From the IMG/VR virus record IMGVR_UViG_3300025732_000035, positions 9,131 to 73,130 of that record: a stretch of 64,000 nucleotides of DNA; one strand, written 5' to 3'. Numbering within the stretch: position 1 is the first letter of the stretch; each line of letters begins with the position of its first letter. Made by a program: the position numbers and the translations under genes. Source of the stretch: a virus. The notes beneath the pieces are model-generated. The model worked only from the letters and a program-made list of their open reading frames with translations, searched no databases and was not told the origin of the DNA. This document shows, piece after piece, positions 47,287 through 56,109 of the stretch.

Positions 47287-47464
47287 AAATCCAGGCCTTT
47301 AGTTCCCTGACATACTGTCTAATGATGGCAGCTTTTTCTAAATGCCACTGGTCCATGGTGAGAAAATATTGGGCATTATGCCAATCAATGGCTCGCAAAG
47401 ATTGGTAAATAATAGGATTGAGCGGCTCACGCAATGGCGTGTTGAACGTTCGGCGCTCGGTCAT
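47222..47464 (-). CDS. Hypothetical protein
   Basis: FNTPLREP..AIDWHN..WHLEKA; operon context. Confidence 0.6.
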   Translation of the reverse strand: MTERRTFNTPLREPLNPIIYQSLRAIDWHNAQYFLTMDQWHLEKAAIIRQYVRELKAWIYEQEERMENLGESVRRKSEQA

Positions 47465-47984
47465 TGGAGGAGAAATAAAGCATCGCCTCGTCCCAATGAA
47501 TGGGCGCGAAGTTGTGTTGTTCTACACAACAATTAAGATAGCGCCTATCTAGGCTCCCATCAGGGAGTCTCACGTTATGACAATGTAAGTGACCATGAAT
47601 ATTTCCTTTAAATCGCTGTTTAAACAGCTCAGGATGTAGCGGAATGTGGCTCATCATGAATTCATGATGATAAAAACATCCACGAATGTCATCAAAATAC
47701 TGCGCATAATCTTGCAGCTTGAAAATATCATGGTTACCACGCACTAATACTTTCCTCCCATTGAGCTGCTCCAAGATCTTCAAGCCGCGACGGGCAATTG
47801 CCACGTCACCAAGCACGTAAATGCGATCTTTAGGCTTAACGCGCTTGTTCCATTGCTCCACCATGAACGCATCACCTTCTGCTGCGTCCTTAAATGGACG
47901 CAGTTTCTCGCCATCAGGCCTCAAAAACGTATAGGCCTTATCGTGGCAAAAGTGATTGTCTGACGTGAGCCAACAGTTGATCAT
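47427..47984 (-). CDS. Calcineurin-like metallophosphoesterase
   Basis: SDNHFCH, LGDV, GNHD, SHIP, NIHGHLH. Confidence 0.92.
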   Translation of the reverse strand: MINCWLTSDNHFCHDKAYTFLRPDGEKLRPFKDAAEGDAFMVEQWNKRVKPKDRIYVLGDVAIARRGLKILEQLNGRKVLVRGNHDIFKLQDYAQYFDDIRGCFYHHEFMMSHIPLHPELFKQRFKGNIHGHLHCHNVRLPDGSLDRRYLNCCVEQHNFAPIHWDEAMLYFSSNDRAPNVQHAIA

Positions 47985-48178
47985 TGGCTGTATTCCTTAA
48001 CCACTTGCCGCTTGATCGGCTTTGTCATTTTTAGCTCAGCCACGCGAAGTTCCGCCTCAGCTAAAGACTCGCAGATCCCACGCGGCTCCCACCACCACCA
48101 ACAACGCTCTTCCACGTCGAAAATTGGCACGCCTAAATTCAAAAAAGAGGCCCGTCGAACAATGCGATAGCGGATCAT
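47981..48178 (-). CDS. Hypothetical protein
   Basis: ATG at 48178; ATGA overlap with the phosphoesterase. Confidence 0.5.
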   Translation of the reverse strand: MIRYRIVRRASFLNLGVPIFDVEERCWWWWEPRGICESLAEAELRVAELKMTKPIKRQVVKEYSQ

Positions 48179-48181
48179 GAA

Positions 48182-48250
48182 AGGCGCTGCCGGGAATCGA
48201 ACCACGGAATTCTAGGCTATCTGCCTAACGTGTACCAACACTTCAGGGCC
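48182..48250 (-). ncRNA. Atypical tRNA-like element (GAT at the anticodon position)
   Basis: Cloverleaf with TTCGATT T-loop, but a C-C acceptor mismatch, 4-nt D-loop, A33 and a bulged T-stem. Confidence 0.55.
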
Positions 48251-48353
48251 AGATGGCTTAAGCGTGAAGCGATTAACAAGTGCTAATCGCTTCAGAGGCT
48301 TAAGCTCTATCAGCCCGATGCTAATGCATAGCGGGAACTTGGTCAATATAGCA

Positions 48354-49094
48354 TTACGCTCTGCCGTAGCTAGGAAGTGATACGTTTGAACTCTCAAAAA
48401 AAGCTATAGCCCGGCTTGCACGCAGAGAGGAAAGGTCTTCAGCTTTGCCAGTCCAAAACAAACTCTTGGACTGACGCAGCCAGAAATCCTTATCAAGCCA
48501 TTTATTGGAAGAACTGCCAAGCTTTTCAAACATCCATGCAGCAGTGGCAGCACGAAGCTTGTCAAGACTTTGACTTTCTTTCTCGCCAAGTTCTTTGCTG
48601 AGCATGCCATTCACCGCCACATGAACGCGCTCGTCTTTGGAAATGTCTTGCGACACAGTGCGCATACCAACATCGCCAGTTTGGCGGAAGAATGGTAGCG
48701 CCACGAAGAAGATAGAACGCTCCATAATGCCCGCCTTAAGAATGGGGTGGGCAGGGTGGTCGTTCCAGGCTTGCAGAATACTCATGACTTCCTTCTCGGC
48801 CTTGGCATCAGTGCCATGGGCGACAGCGACGTAATTAAGGGCTTCCAAATGGCGGTCCTCATCGTCTTGGTTGGAACGCAGCGCTTCAATGATGCCAGGC
48901 GTAGAAGGAAGCTCACGCTCCATGCCCTGCTCCAGAAGCTCCTTTACGGGAATCTCCAGATGGCGCAGTGCAAGCATCTTGAGCAGCGTCTCTTCAGCCC
49001 CTTCAAGCACTTGCCCTTTGTCAACGGCAACGGCCTGCCACGGGCTCTTCTTGGCAATGGTGGACGAATAAGGGGAGGCAATGGCAGTGGTCAT
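48354..49094 (-). CDS. nrdB: Class I ribonucleotide reductase beta subunit (small ferritin-like)
   Basis: Two ExxH motifs (DEDRH, DERVH); directly after the alpha subunit. Confidence 0.8.
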   Translation of the reverse strand: MTTAIASPYSSTIAKKSPWQAVAVDKGQVLEGAEETLLKMLALRHLEIPVKELLEQGMERELPSTPGIIEALRSNQDDEDRHLEALNYVAVAHGTDAKAEKEVMSILQAWNDHPAHPILKAGIMERSIFFVALPFFRQTGDVGMRTVSQDISKDERVHVAVNGMLSKELGEKESQSLDKLRAATAAWMFEKLGSSSNKWLDKDFWLRQSKSLFWTGKAEDLSSLRASRAIAFFESSNVSLPSYGRA

Positions 49095-49148
49095 TTTCTA
49101 ACAATGCAAAAGTGATTTGGGCAAGAAAGGGGCCGTTAGGCCCCTTTC

Positions 49149-50594
49149 TCATTCGGCGCAGCTAGAGCAAAATCCTGCATCTAGCGAACAGCTTTCAGAA
49201 GAATCGTCAACTTCATCATTGAAGCCAAACATGCTCTTAAAGTCTTCATCTAGCGCTGCATACGCATCATCTTTCCGCTGCATGTCCGGGAGAACCTGCA
49301 AGCTGTAGTAGATGCTCGTCTGAGGTGATTCTAGCCAAGAGCGCAAGAATGCTTCGTCGTAAATAACCAAATCCCCCCAAGTGTTCATTGAATATCCATG
49401 GAATAATCCTGTGCGCTGAAACAATGCGACAAAGCCATTGGCCACTTTAAAGAACTTATCCCAGCCAACTTCTGCGGCAATTTCTACGTCGCCATAATCA
49501 AATTGCTCCACGCCAAAAGTGCCACTATCCCGATCAACAATGCGGCCGATGGGAGGAGCAATTTCAGGGGCTGTAGTAAAACCTTTTGTGTCAAGATAGC
49601 GGTAGGAACATGATGCAGTGGGAGCAATGCAGAAAGCACGTTCCATGCCATGTTCGCGAGCAATTTCCGCTGCTTTTTGAATGCCTTGATCAAGATGCCA
49701 TACAGCATCACCAGAGAGAGTGCCGTTCCAGAAATCATTCCAATTACGCGGGTCTTCGGCTAGATAAGCCTCAAGAGCATTACCAAAATCTTCGTAGCTA
49801 ACGCCATGAATAGCCAAGAAATTAGCCAAACCAAGCACGCCTAGTCCTACCTGCTTATCGACAGCCGGGGAAAGATATTCGCCAGTATCGCCAACACCAG
49901 TACCAGGATGCAACTCGCAGAGCTGTTTCATGCCTTCAATAAATGCACCTTGAAGGTTTTCCATGGTGCAGGCGCCAAGATTTACATGCTGCAACAAGCA
50001 AGTACCACGATGCTTCAGCCAAATTTCTTCGCAAACATTTGGCCAAATGCGTTCGCCTTTGCTATCAACACGCTTCTTGGTTAGCCATAAGTCTCCCGTT
50101 TCAAGGCCGCGCAAAACCGCTGCCATTAATGCAGGAGAAGCTTTCTCCATAAACTGTTCGTCAACGGTCAAAGAGCGCTTCACCCAAGGAAGTTCAGCTC
50201 GCGGAGCTTGGATGAAATCAATGGCATCAGGATGATCGTAATCAAGATGCAAAGTAACAGCGCCATTTTTAAATTTTCCACCACGACGCAACACTTCATT
50301 CAGCTTGCTGTAAATACCAGCAAAGCTTACGGGGCCACTGGCAACAAGCCCTTTCCCGTTTTCTTCGCCTTTGGGGCGCAACTTTGAAAGATTTACAGCA
50401 GCGCCAGCAGCATTGCGAAGAGCATGACTAACGAAACGCCAAGACGCCTCAATGCCATCAGGCCCTTCCATTGAGTCCTCCACTGCAAACGTAGTGCAAC
50501 TTACGGCTAACCGCCCTTCTGGATCATTAAGCCAATCCTGCACTCGACCAGTGCGAGCAATCATTTCGCACTTCGCTTTTCCCTTCAAACTCAT
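49149..50594 (-). CDS. nrdA: Ribonucleotide reductase alpha subunit (P-SSP7-like cyanophage clade)
   Basis: VSCT, ASGPVSF, RRGG, NVCEE, IAPTAS, IYY, C-terminal CSSC. Confidence 0.88.
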   Translation of the reverse strand: MSLKGKAKCEMIARTGRVQDWLNDPEGRLAVSCTTFAVEDSMEGPDGIEASWRFVSHALRNAAGAAVNLSKLRPKGEENGKGLVASGPVSFAGIYSKLNEVLRRGGKFKNGAVTLHLDYDHPDAIDFIQAPRAELPWVKRSLTVDEQFMEKASPALMAAVLRGLETGDLWLTKKRVDSKGERIWPNVCEEIWLKHRGTCLLQHVNLGACTMENLQGAFIEGMKQLCELHPGTGVGDTGEYLSPAVDKQVGLGVLGLANFLAIHGVSYEDFGNALEAYLAEDPRNWNDFWNGTLSGDAVWHLDQGIQKAAEIAREHGMERAFCIAPTASCSYRYLDTKGFTTAPEIAPPIGRIVDRDSGTFGVEQFDYGDVEIAAEVGWDKFFKVANGFVALFQRTGLFHGYSMNTWGDLVIYDEAFLRSWLESPQTSIYYSLQVLPDMQRKDDAYAALDEDFKSMFGFNDEVDDSSESCSLDAGFCSSCAE

Positions 50595-50650
50595 GAGACA
50601 ACAAAGCCCCGCGATGCGGGGCGCGACCAACGAAAGCAGGCTAGCGCAAA

Positions 50651-51229
50651 TCAGCTCGCCGGAACGATCAAATCGTTAAGAAAAGCATATGATCCATGCA
50701 GCTCAGAAGCTGCTTTGTTGTAGGCCATCGCGGCCTCTTCTTCGGTGGCAAAAGTACCCAGGTATTTACGCTTTTTCTGCCAATCAATATATGCCATCCA
50801 TGGCTTATTTTCTGAACGCTTATTTCTGCAGACGCCCTTAAATTGACTCGACGTGAGTTGATTCCTCTTAGGGGCATTCGCCCTGTTTTGAGAATCGGAA
50901 ACAAGACGCAAATTCAATGGATTGTGATTGAATTTATTCCCATCAATGTGATCAATTTGATATTCGCTTGGATCAACCTTGTAATGCAAAAAATAAACAA
51001 TGCGGTGGCCAAGAAATAGAACGTCCTTTCCTTCCACTCGAATGCCCACTTGAAAGTAGCCCGTACTGCGACTTCCGCTTGTATCTTGCCATCCAGCGTG
51101 GTCACCAGGCTTGAGCTTTCTGCTGCGAGGATTGCGCCAAGAAAGCCAGCTTGGACTTTCGGGGTCAAGAATCAACAAATCCTCCAAGAGCTGCAATGAA
51201 GGAAGAGAACGATGTGCTAGCTTTGCCAT
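50651..51229 (-). CDS. HNH-AP2 homing endonuclease
   Basis: HRIVY, IDHIDGNKFNH..NLR, SSQFKGV, YLGTFATEEEAAMAYN. Confidence 0.9.
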   Translation of the reverse strand: MAKLAHRSLPSLQLLEDLLILDPESPSWLSWRNPRSRKLKPGDHAGWQDTSGSRSTGYFQVGIRVEGKDVLFLGHRIVYFLHYKVDPSEYQIDHIDGNKFNHNPLNLRLVSDSQNRANAPKRNQLTSSQFKGVCRNKRSENKPWMAYIDWQKKRKYLGTFATEEEAAMAYNKAASELHGSYAFLNDLIVPAS

Positions 51230-51304
51230 GTCATCTAGTAGTAGTAGGTGGCCAGAAGCGGAACGCGCCAACGTTGCCGCTTCACAATATTTTAGCAAAT
51301 GGCT

Positions 51305-51496
51305 TTAATCGCAAAGCCCCTCTGGATCGTCCACTGCCAATAAGTCCTTGACAAACAACTTGGCTTCATTTGTGGTCCTGAAATAAAATGGCTTGCCATC
51401 AATGGCAGCAAACCATTGAAATTCTGGCTTGCTAAAACATGGCCACAATTTATACGGGCCAATGTTAAATGGCTGGCGATCAGGCAGTCCCCACAT
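51305..51496 (-). CDS. Hypothetical protein
   Basis: 63-aa ATG ORF. Confidence 0.5.
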   Translation of the reverse strand: MWGLPDRQPFNIGPYKLWPCFSKPEFQWFAAIDGKPFYFRTTNEAKLFVKDLLAVDDPEGLCD

Positions 51497-52216
51497 AATG
51501 CTTTATCGAAGATCATCTCACGCTAATCGTTATCAAGAATTACGTAAGTAGGTTTTAATACTTTCTCCACCTTTGTGTCTGTATTACCATTGAATCCTTA
51601 AGAAAAACGGAAAAAATTTGGGCTTTTGTATCACTACGATACCAAAAACATCACATTTGAGCCACGGTGCGAGATACGATAGCTAAAGCGGAGCTGCTGC
51701 CTAGTGCAAGCAAGAGCAGCACCGCTGGTCTAGACGACGTTCCTCAAGCCAAAGCACCCTGGCAAGTGGAGACGCCCCAAGCGTCGGAACGTCTACTAGC
51801 TAAAAGGCTAGACAAGCCGCTTAATTCTCATGAAGTGGAGCCCCCAAAAGGGCGGAACGCTCCAGACAAGCGGCGAAACACCAAGGGCTGATCCAGATCC
51901 TAAGTAATGGGTCGCGCATACTATGCGTCGCTGCGGGAAAAGCAAAAAATCATTGATTTCCATCTTTATCTTCTGAGCAGCGGCCCCTTTAAGGGCCGCT
52001 TTCTGGCATTAAGAGCAATGCAAAGAAGGAATGCGCGAATCGTTAGCGCTTGCTTTTGATTAGTGCGTCATTCCGACGCCTTTAGGGCGTCTCCATTGGT
52101 CTAGAAAATTGCTTGAGATCTCTAGAGATGCCTCAGGCGGCGTCTTCGACTTGCCTTCGGCATAGTGCAACTAGCTTTTTACTCGTTAAATTTTGACGAA
52201 AGCACGCTGCCTCTTA

Positions 52217-52645
52217 ATGAATCCTGGCTTGCTACAAGGCAATCTCTTCTCAATCCTCTTAAGTAATTCACATGCAACTGAAGCAACTAAAACTTGTCAG
52301 CTCTGCAAAGAATCAAAACCACTAATCGCTTTTCCTAATCAACCTCGCAATAAAGATAATCTTGATTCTCGTTGTAGAACCTGCATTCGACAACACACTA
52401 AATTACGTGCTCGCTTAAAACGAAAATTTCCAGTGCCTCCTCCAGGTTTATGCCCTATATGCCATCGCTATACAGAAGAATGGGTGCTTGATCATTGTCA
52501 TAACACTGATGCCTTTCGTGGTTACATCTGTAGATCATGCAATCTTGGCCTTGGTCATTTTGATGACAATCCAGATCTTGTCCAAGCTGCCCTTGATTAC
52601 TTGCTAGGTATAAATACTAAAGGCGATTTTCTAGATGAAAAATGA
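52217..52645 (+). CDS. Endonuclease VII-like HNH nuclease with N-terminal Zn finger
   Basis: CQLC, CRTC, CPIC, LDHCH..FRGYICRSCNLGLGHFDDN. Confidence 0.88.
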   Translation: MNPGLLQGNLFSILLSNSHATEATKTCQLCKESKPLIAFPNQPRNKDNLDSRCRTCIRQHTKLRARLKRKFPVPPPGLCPICHRYTEEWVLDHCHNTDAFRGYICRSCNLGLGHFDDNPDLVQAALDYLLGINTKGDFLDEK

Positions 52646-52754
52646 CGCCACATTATGGAGGATATACCGCAGCCCCGCAAACAAAAACAGCCGGGCTACC
52701 GCGCCACGGCTCAAATGTCAAGCACTTGCAACAATACGTTACACGGCGGATTGT

Positions 52755-52797
52755 TGCAAAACTAATCCCGAGTTGGCAGGTCGGGATTAGTTTTGCA
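52755..52797. repeat. Perfect 17-bp inverted repeat
   Basis: TGCAAAACTAATCCCGA-9 nt-TCGGGATTAGTTTTGCA. Confidence 0.9.
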
Positions 52798-52892
52798 CAG
52801 CCCTGCGGAAAAAGATATTCTCTCCACCGATAGGATCGCCAGTAGGAGACTGACCGCCAGAGCCCGCTAGGATCGGCATCCTGAGGCGATAA

Positions 52893-52920
52893 AGCCCGCT
52901 AGGTGAGAGGCTAGCGGGCT
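52893..52920 (-). terminator. Terminator-like hairpin
   Basis: AGCCCGCTAG-8 nt-CTAGCGGGCT downstream of ORF 52954..53193. Confidence 0.6.
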
Positions 52921-52953
52921 CAGCTTGTGACGTCTTGTGAGAGCTTCTAGAGG

Positions 52954-53193
52954 CTAGTCTAGAAGCTGATCAGCCATAGAAGCTTCAAGACCAAACTCTA
53001 GAAGGTATCGTCTAGCGGCTTCTATATCACCGTAGTAGTCGGTGATATCTTCTAAGATTGCGTCTTGATCTAGGTCATAGTCTGCCACTAGGTGTTCAAT
53101 AAGTAAACTTATTGCGTCACGTGGGTCCATGTTGTGAACCACGCGTGTTAGGTGGTCGCGGGAGAGGGTCCGGATTTGCGTGTTAGTGAGCAT
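52954..53193 (-). CDS. Small acidic hypothetical protein
   Basis: ATG ORF, D/E-rich C-terminal half. Confidence 0.6.
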   Translation of the reverse strand: MLTNTQIRTLSRDHLTRVVHNMDPRDAISLLIEHLVADYDLDQDAILEDITDYYGDIEAARRYLLEFGLEASMADQLLD

Positions 53194-53358
53194 GGCTGCG
53201 GGCTTCGGTAGCGGTACGAAAAGGGGCGGCTGGTGAGAGAGTTTGAAGCGCTTCTAGAAGCGCTTCTAGCGTGGGCAGTTCGTCGTGGTCGGCTTGTGGT
53301 AAGTAAGATTCCACAAGATATAGAAGCATGAACGCTTGTGAACGTGATAGCTTCATTA

Positions 53359-54021
53359 TTAGTAGTTATTGTGGAGAATAAAGACGGAATTATCGAACTC
53401 TATGGTTGAGAAATCATAGGTAAGCTGATGGTCCCAAGCACGCTGCCAGTCAATAAAGCAAGCTACAGGGCTATCAGCGATGCTGTAATCGAGCTCACAG
53501 TAGTATTCCTCAGCAAATTCTCGTTCCCAATGATAGTTTGGATGGTGGATGACGGTATAAAAGGCATCTTCTAGCTGCTGCGCAGTAGTGATGCCAAGAT
53601 CATCCAACTCAGCCATAAAGTCTAGAGTTTGGCGATGAGTCCACTTCTCGCCGAACTTATCAGTGATGTCGTTGTACAGTTCTTGCAACGGTAGGCTAAG
53701 TGCGTCAAATTCTTTATCTTCATCAATAGCGTCTTGAAGCGTTACGTGATAGTTAGGGTCGGCCCCTAGTTTGGCTTCCAAGAGGGCTTCATAAAAGCTA
53801 ATAAAGCTGACCTTGCCGTTCTCGCGAACGTGGCCGGATGCGGCCACAAGATCAGTTTTGCTGGGGAATCGTTCGGGGTATTGCTTAGCGTGCTCGATAA
53901 GATCGGCGCCTTTAAGTGGAACGCTGGGAACCACGTAGTAGTAAGCACTGATCGCGGCTGCACAAGCAGTGCCGGGATAGAAGCCAGTGATGCCGGAAGC
54001 GGCAATAGGAAGGGCAAGCAT
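53359..54021 (-). CDS. AbrB-like N-domain fused to an ArdA-like antirestriction domain
   Basis: LKGADLI..SKTDLVAASGH..FYEALLEAK; acidic C-terminus EREFAEEYY..FIDWQRAW..YDF. Confidence 0.65.
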   Translation of the reverse strand: MLALPIAASGITGFYPGTACAAAISAYYYVVPSVPLKGADLIEHAKQYPERFPSKTDLVAASGHVRENGKVSFISFYEALLEAKLGADPNYHVTLQDAIDEDKEFDALSLPLQELYNDITDKFGEKWTHRQTLDFMAELDDLGITTAQQLEDAFYTVIHHPNYHWEREFAEEYYCELDYSIADSPVACFIDWQRAWDHQLTYDFSTIEFDNSVFILHNNY

Positions 54022-54390
54022 GATCGAAAGTAAGCAAGAGGGCCGCATCGCTGCGGCTAAAGGAACAATACCACCGATAAGGGGCAAAGCGAGGCTAGAA
54101 GCGCCTGCGATAAGCACAGGCGATCGTTTGGCGTTGAAAAGGCCGCTGATAAGCGGATAGGCTTATCAGTGCCCGATCCGCGACGCAATGACAAGCCAGG
54201 CTTATCAGTGGGGAGAGACTGCGCGCAGTGCTCAGCAGAGAAACGATCGCGCGCACGCGCGTATCATCTCTCCTGCCAAAAGGTCAACCGCCGCAACAAT
54301 CCGCAACATTCAGCGCTCATACCATTGGAAGCGCCAGAACCGCCATCGGCGTTACGTATTGAAATATCTACACTTAGGGCTGAACAGTAG

Positions 54391-54474
54391 GGCTCAACTA
54401 GCGCTAAACAGTGAGAGAGAACTAGCGCTAAACAGTGAGAGAGAACTAGCGCTAAACAGTGAGGCTCAACTAGC
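54391..54474 (+). repeat. 24-bp tandem repeat, about 3.5 copies
   Basis: AACTAGCGCTAAACAGTGAG(AGAG/GCTC) starting at 54396, 54420, 54444, partial at 54468. Confidence 0.9.
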
Positions 54475-54950
54475 ACTGCGCAGTAAAGCTCACCTAAGGC
54501 CTAGCGGTAGACAGCACAAATACGGCGGAACGGTAAACATAGGCGATCGCGGCAGAATCACGCTGGTGAGAGTAGACAGCCACTCGCGGCAGTTAGTCTC
54601 ACTGAAGCTCGGCAGAATCGCGCCAGTAAGTAAGTGGAATCAGCACACTGCCAGTAGCCTACATTTAAGGCCGCCACCAATAGGAGACACCTAGTACGGC
54701 CACAAGTGAGCCTCACTTAGCACGGTCACAAGTGAGCCTCTCTTAAGGCCGTCACCAGTAGGGTATATCTACGCTTGCTGGGTAGGGTATATCTACGGCC
54801 GCTAGGTAGAGTATATTCTCCCTATTCCCCACCGGAGAACCGGGGAATCGCCCTCGCTTCGGACTAGTACGCCTATACTATTTATGTCTGTATGCGCATA
54901 TAATGGCAGCGTGATGATGTGATGATGAGAAGGTGTGATGAAATGGTATA

Positions 54951-55043
54951 AAACAAGCCTTTTTTCAGCCGTGCCCTAAACAAGCCAAAACCCAGCCGTG
55001 CCCAATTTTTCAAAACAAGCCTTTTTCTATCCGTGTCCAAATT
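54951..55043 (+). repeat. Three imperfect direct repeats AAACAAGCC...CCGTGYCC
   Basis: Direct reading of the sequence. Confidence 0.75.
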
Positions 55044-55626
55044 TGCTATACCACTTTGCCCGGATCCTGCCACGAAGATTAAGGTCTTGATGGCGCCAAC
55101 TATCAAAACGACAAATCTTTTTAATAGTTCCATGCGAAACATTTAATTCTTTTGCAATGGAATAAGCGCTTTCACCATATTTCACGCGCAAACGAACTGC
55201 TGTAATTTGCCGCGATGTAAATTTAGCATTTTTCTTTGCCTCTCCACAGGCTTGCAGTCCATTATCCCAAGCGTGCTTTGCGTTGTCGCTGTTTGTGGTC
55301 CATTCAAGATTAGAAATATGATTATTAAGTTTATTTCCATCTTTATGATTTACACACCATTTATCGCCACCAGACCCTATTTCCCCGGGCGCAGGAGGCA
55401 TCCAAGTAAGACGCATTAAATAATGAATAGTACGAGGTTGTTTCTTCTTGTTATTCTCCGTGATTAGCACCCATGGATAATCTTTGCTTCCGCTGGTTTG
55501 CGGACTCATGAGTCTTGATTTGGCAAGACTCCACACCTCGCCCTTCTCATTGATGAAATAGCGTCCGTTATACCCAGGGATCTCCTTAAACCCTGTAGGC
55601 ACGCTGCTATGCTTATTTGTAGCCAT
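55027..55626 (-). CDS. NUMOD4-HNH homing endonuclease
   Basis: FKEIPGYNGRYFINEKGEV, VNHKDGNKLNNHISNLEWTT..NAKHA. Confidence 0.9.
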   Translation of the reverse strand: MATNKHSSVPTGFKEIPGYNGRYFINEKGEVWSLAKSRLMSPQTSGSKDYPWVLITENNKKKQPRTIHYLMRLTWMPPAPGEIGSGGDKWCVNHKDGNKLNNHISNLEWTTNSDNAKHAWDNGLQACGEAKKNAKFTSRQITAVRLRVKYGESAYSIAKELNVSHGTIKKICRFDSWRHQDLNLRGRIRAKWYSKFGHG

Positions 55627-55711
55627 GGCCAAACTCCTCTTGGTAGTGGTTAGAAACGTCACGAGATGCCAGTCTCGCGTCGTTTCGCCATGCTAACAAT
55701 TATTTCAAGCT

Positions 55712-55870
55712 TTACCAGCCATGCCCATCAAAAGCCGCCTTTATGGCGGCTTCTTCATTGGAAAACGGCCCGCCTATTACGGAATCATCTGCATCATCGT
55801 AGAAATACCAGCCTTCAATGAGTTCAGTGCCTTTGCAAGAAGCTTCATCAAAGAAATCAATGAGAATCAT
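55712..55870 (-). CDS. 52-aa acidic protein (absent from the ORF track)
   Basis: MILIDFFDEASCKGTELIEGWYFYDDADDSVIGGPFSNEEAAIKAAFDGHGW. Confidence 0.6.
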   Translation of the reverse strand: MILIDFFDEASCKGTELIEGWYFYDDADDSVIGGPFSNEEAAIKAAFDGHGW

Positions 55871-55872
55871 GA

Positions 55873-56061
55873 TTAACCTTGCGAAATAATGCGAAAATCA
55901 GGATCGTTATCTTTCTTTATCCATCGACATTGATTGAATTGAGGCAACACAATAAAAAGCTTATCGTGGTGGTTCTGCTCAACAATGGCAGTGGTGATGT
56001 GAGTGCCAATACGTGATCGGCCTCGATTGCTGATGGCGAGAATGTTAATTGAGTCTTGCAT
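55873..56061 (-). CDS. Hypothetical protein
   Basis: TTAAAACC-ATG start context shared by early genes. Confidence 0.6.
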   Translation of the reverse strand: MQDSINILAISNRGRSRIGTHITTAIVEQNHHDKLFIVLPQFNQCRWIKKDNDPDFRIISQG

Positions 56062-56109
56062 GGTTTTAAGGAGGAGAGCGGGGCGCTTTGGGGCGCCCCT
56101 TTTGCTAAA

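Noticed and set aside
49149-50594. Class II (B12) RNR, nrdJ
   Set aside because: An adjacent ferritin-like beta gene and the YY pair indicate class I.
51628-51642. NtcA box
   Set aside because: GTA-N9-TAC has the wrong spacing; NtcA needs N8.
54391-54474. CRISPR array
   Set aside because: The repeats are tandem with no unique spacers, and there is no cas operon.
54188-54694. 168-aa ORF with LALNSERE repeats
   Set aside because: Most likely a by-product of the DNA tandem repeat; no recognisable protein features.
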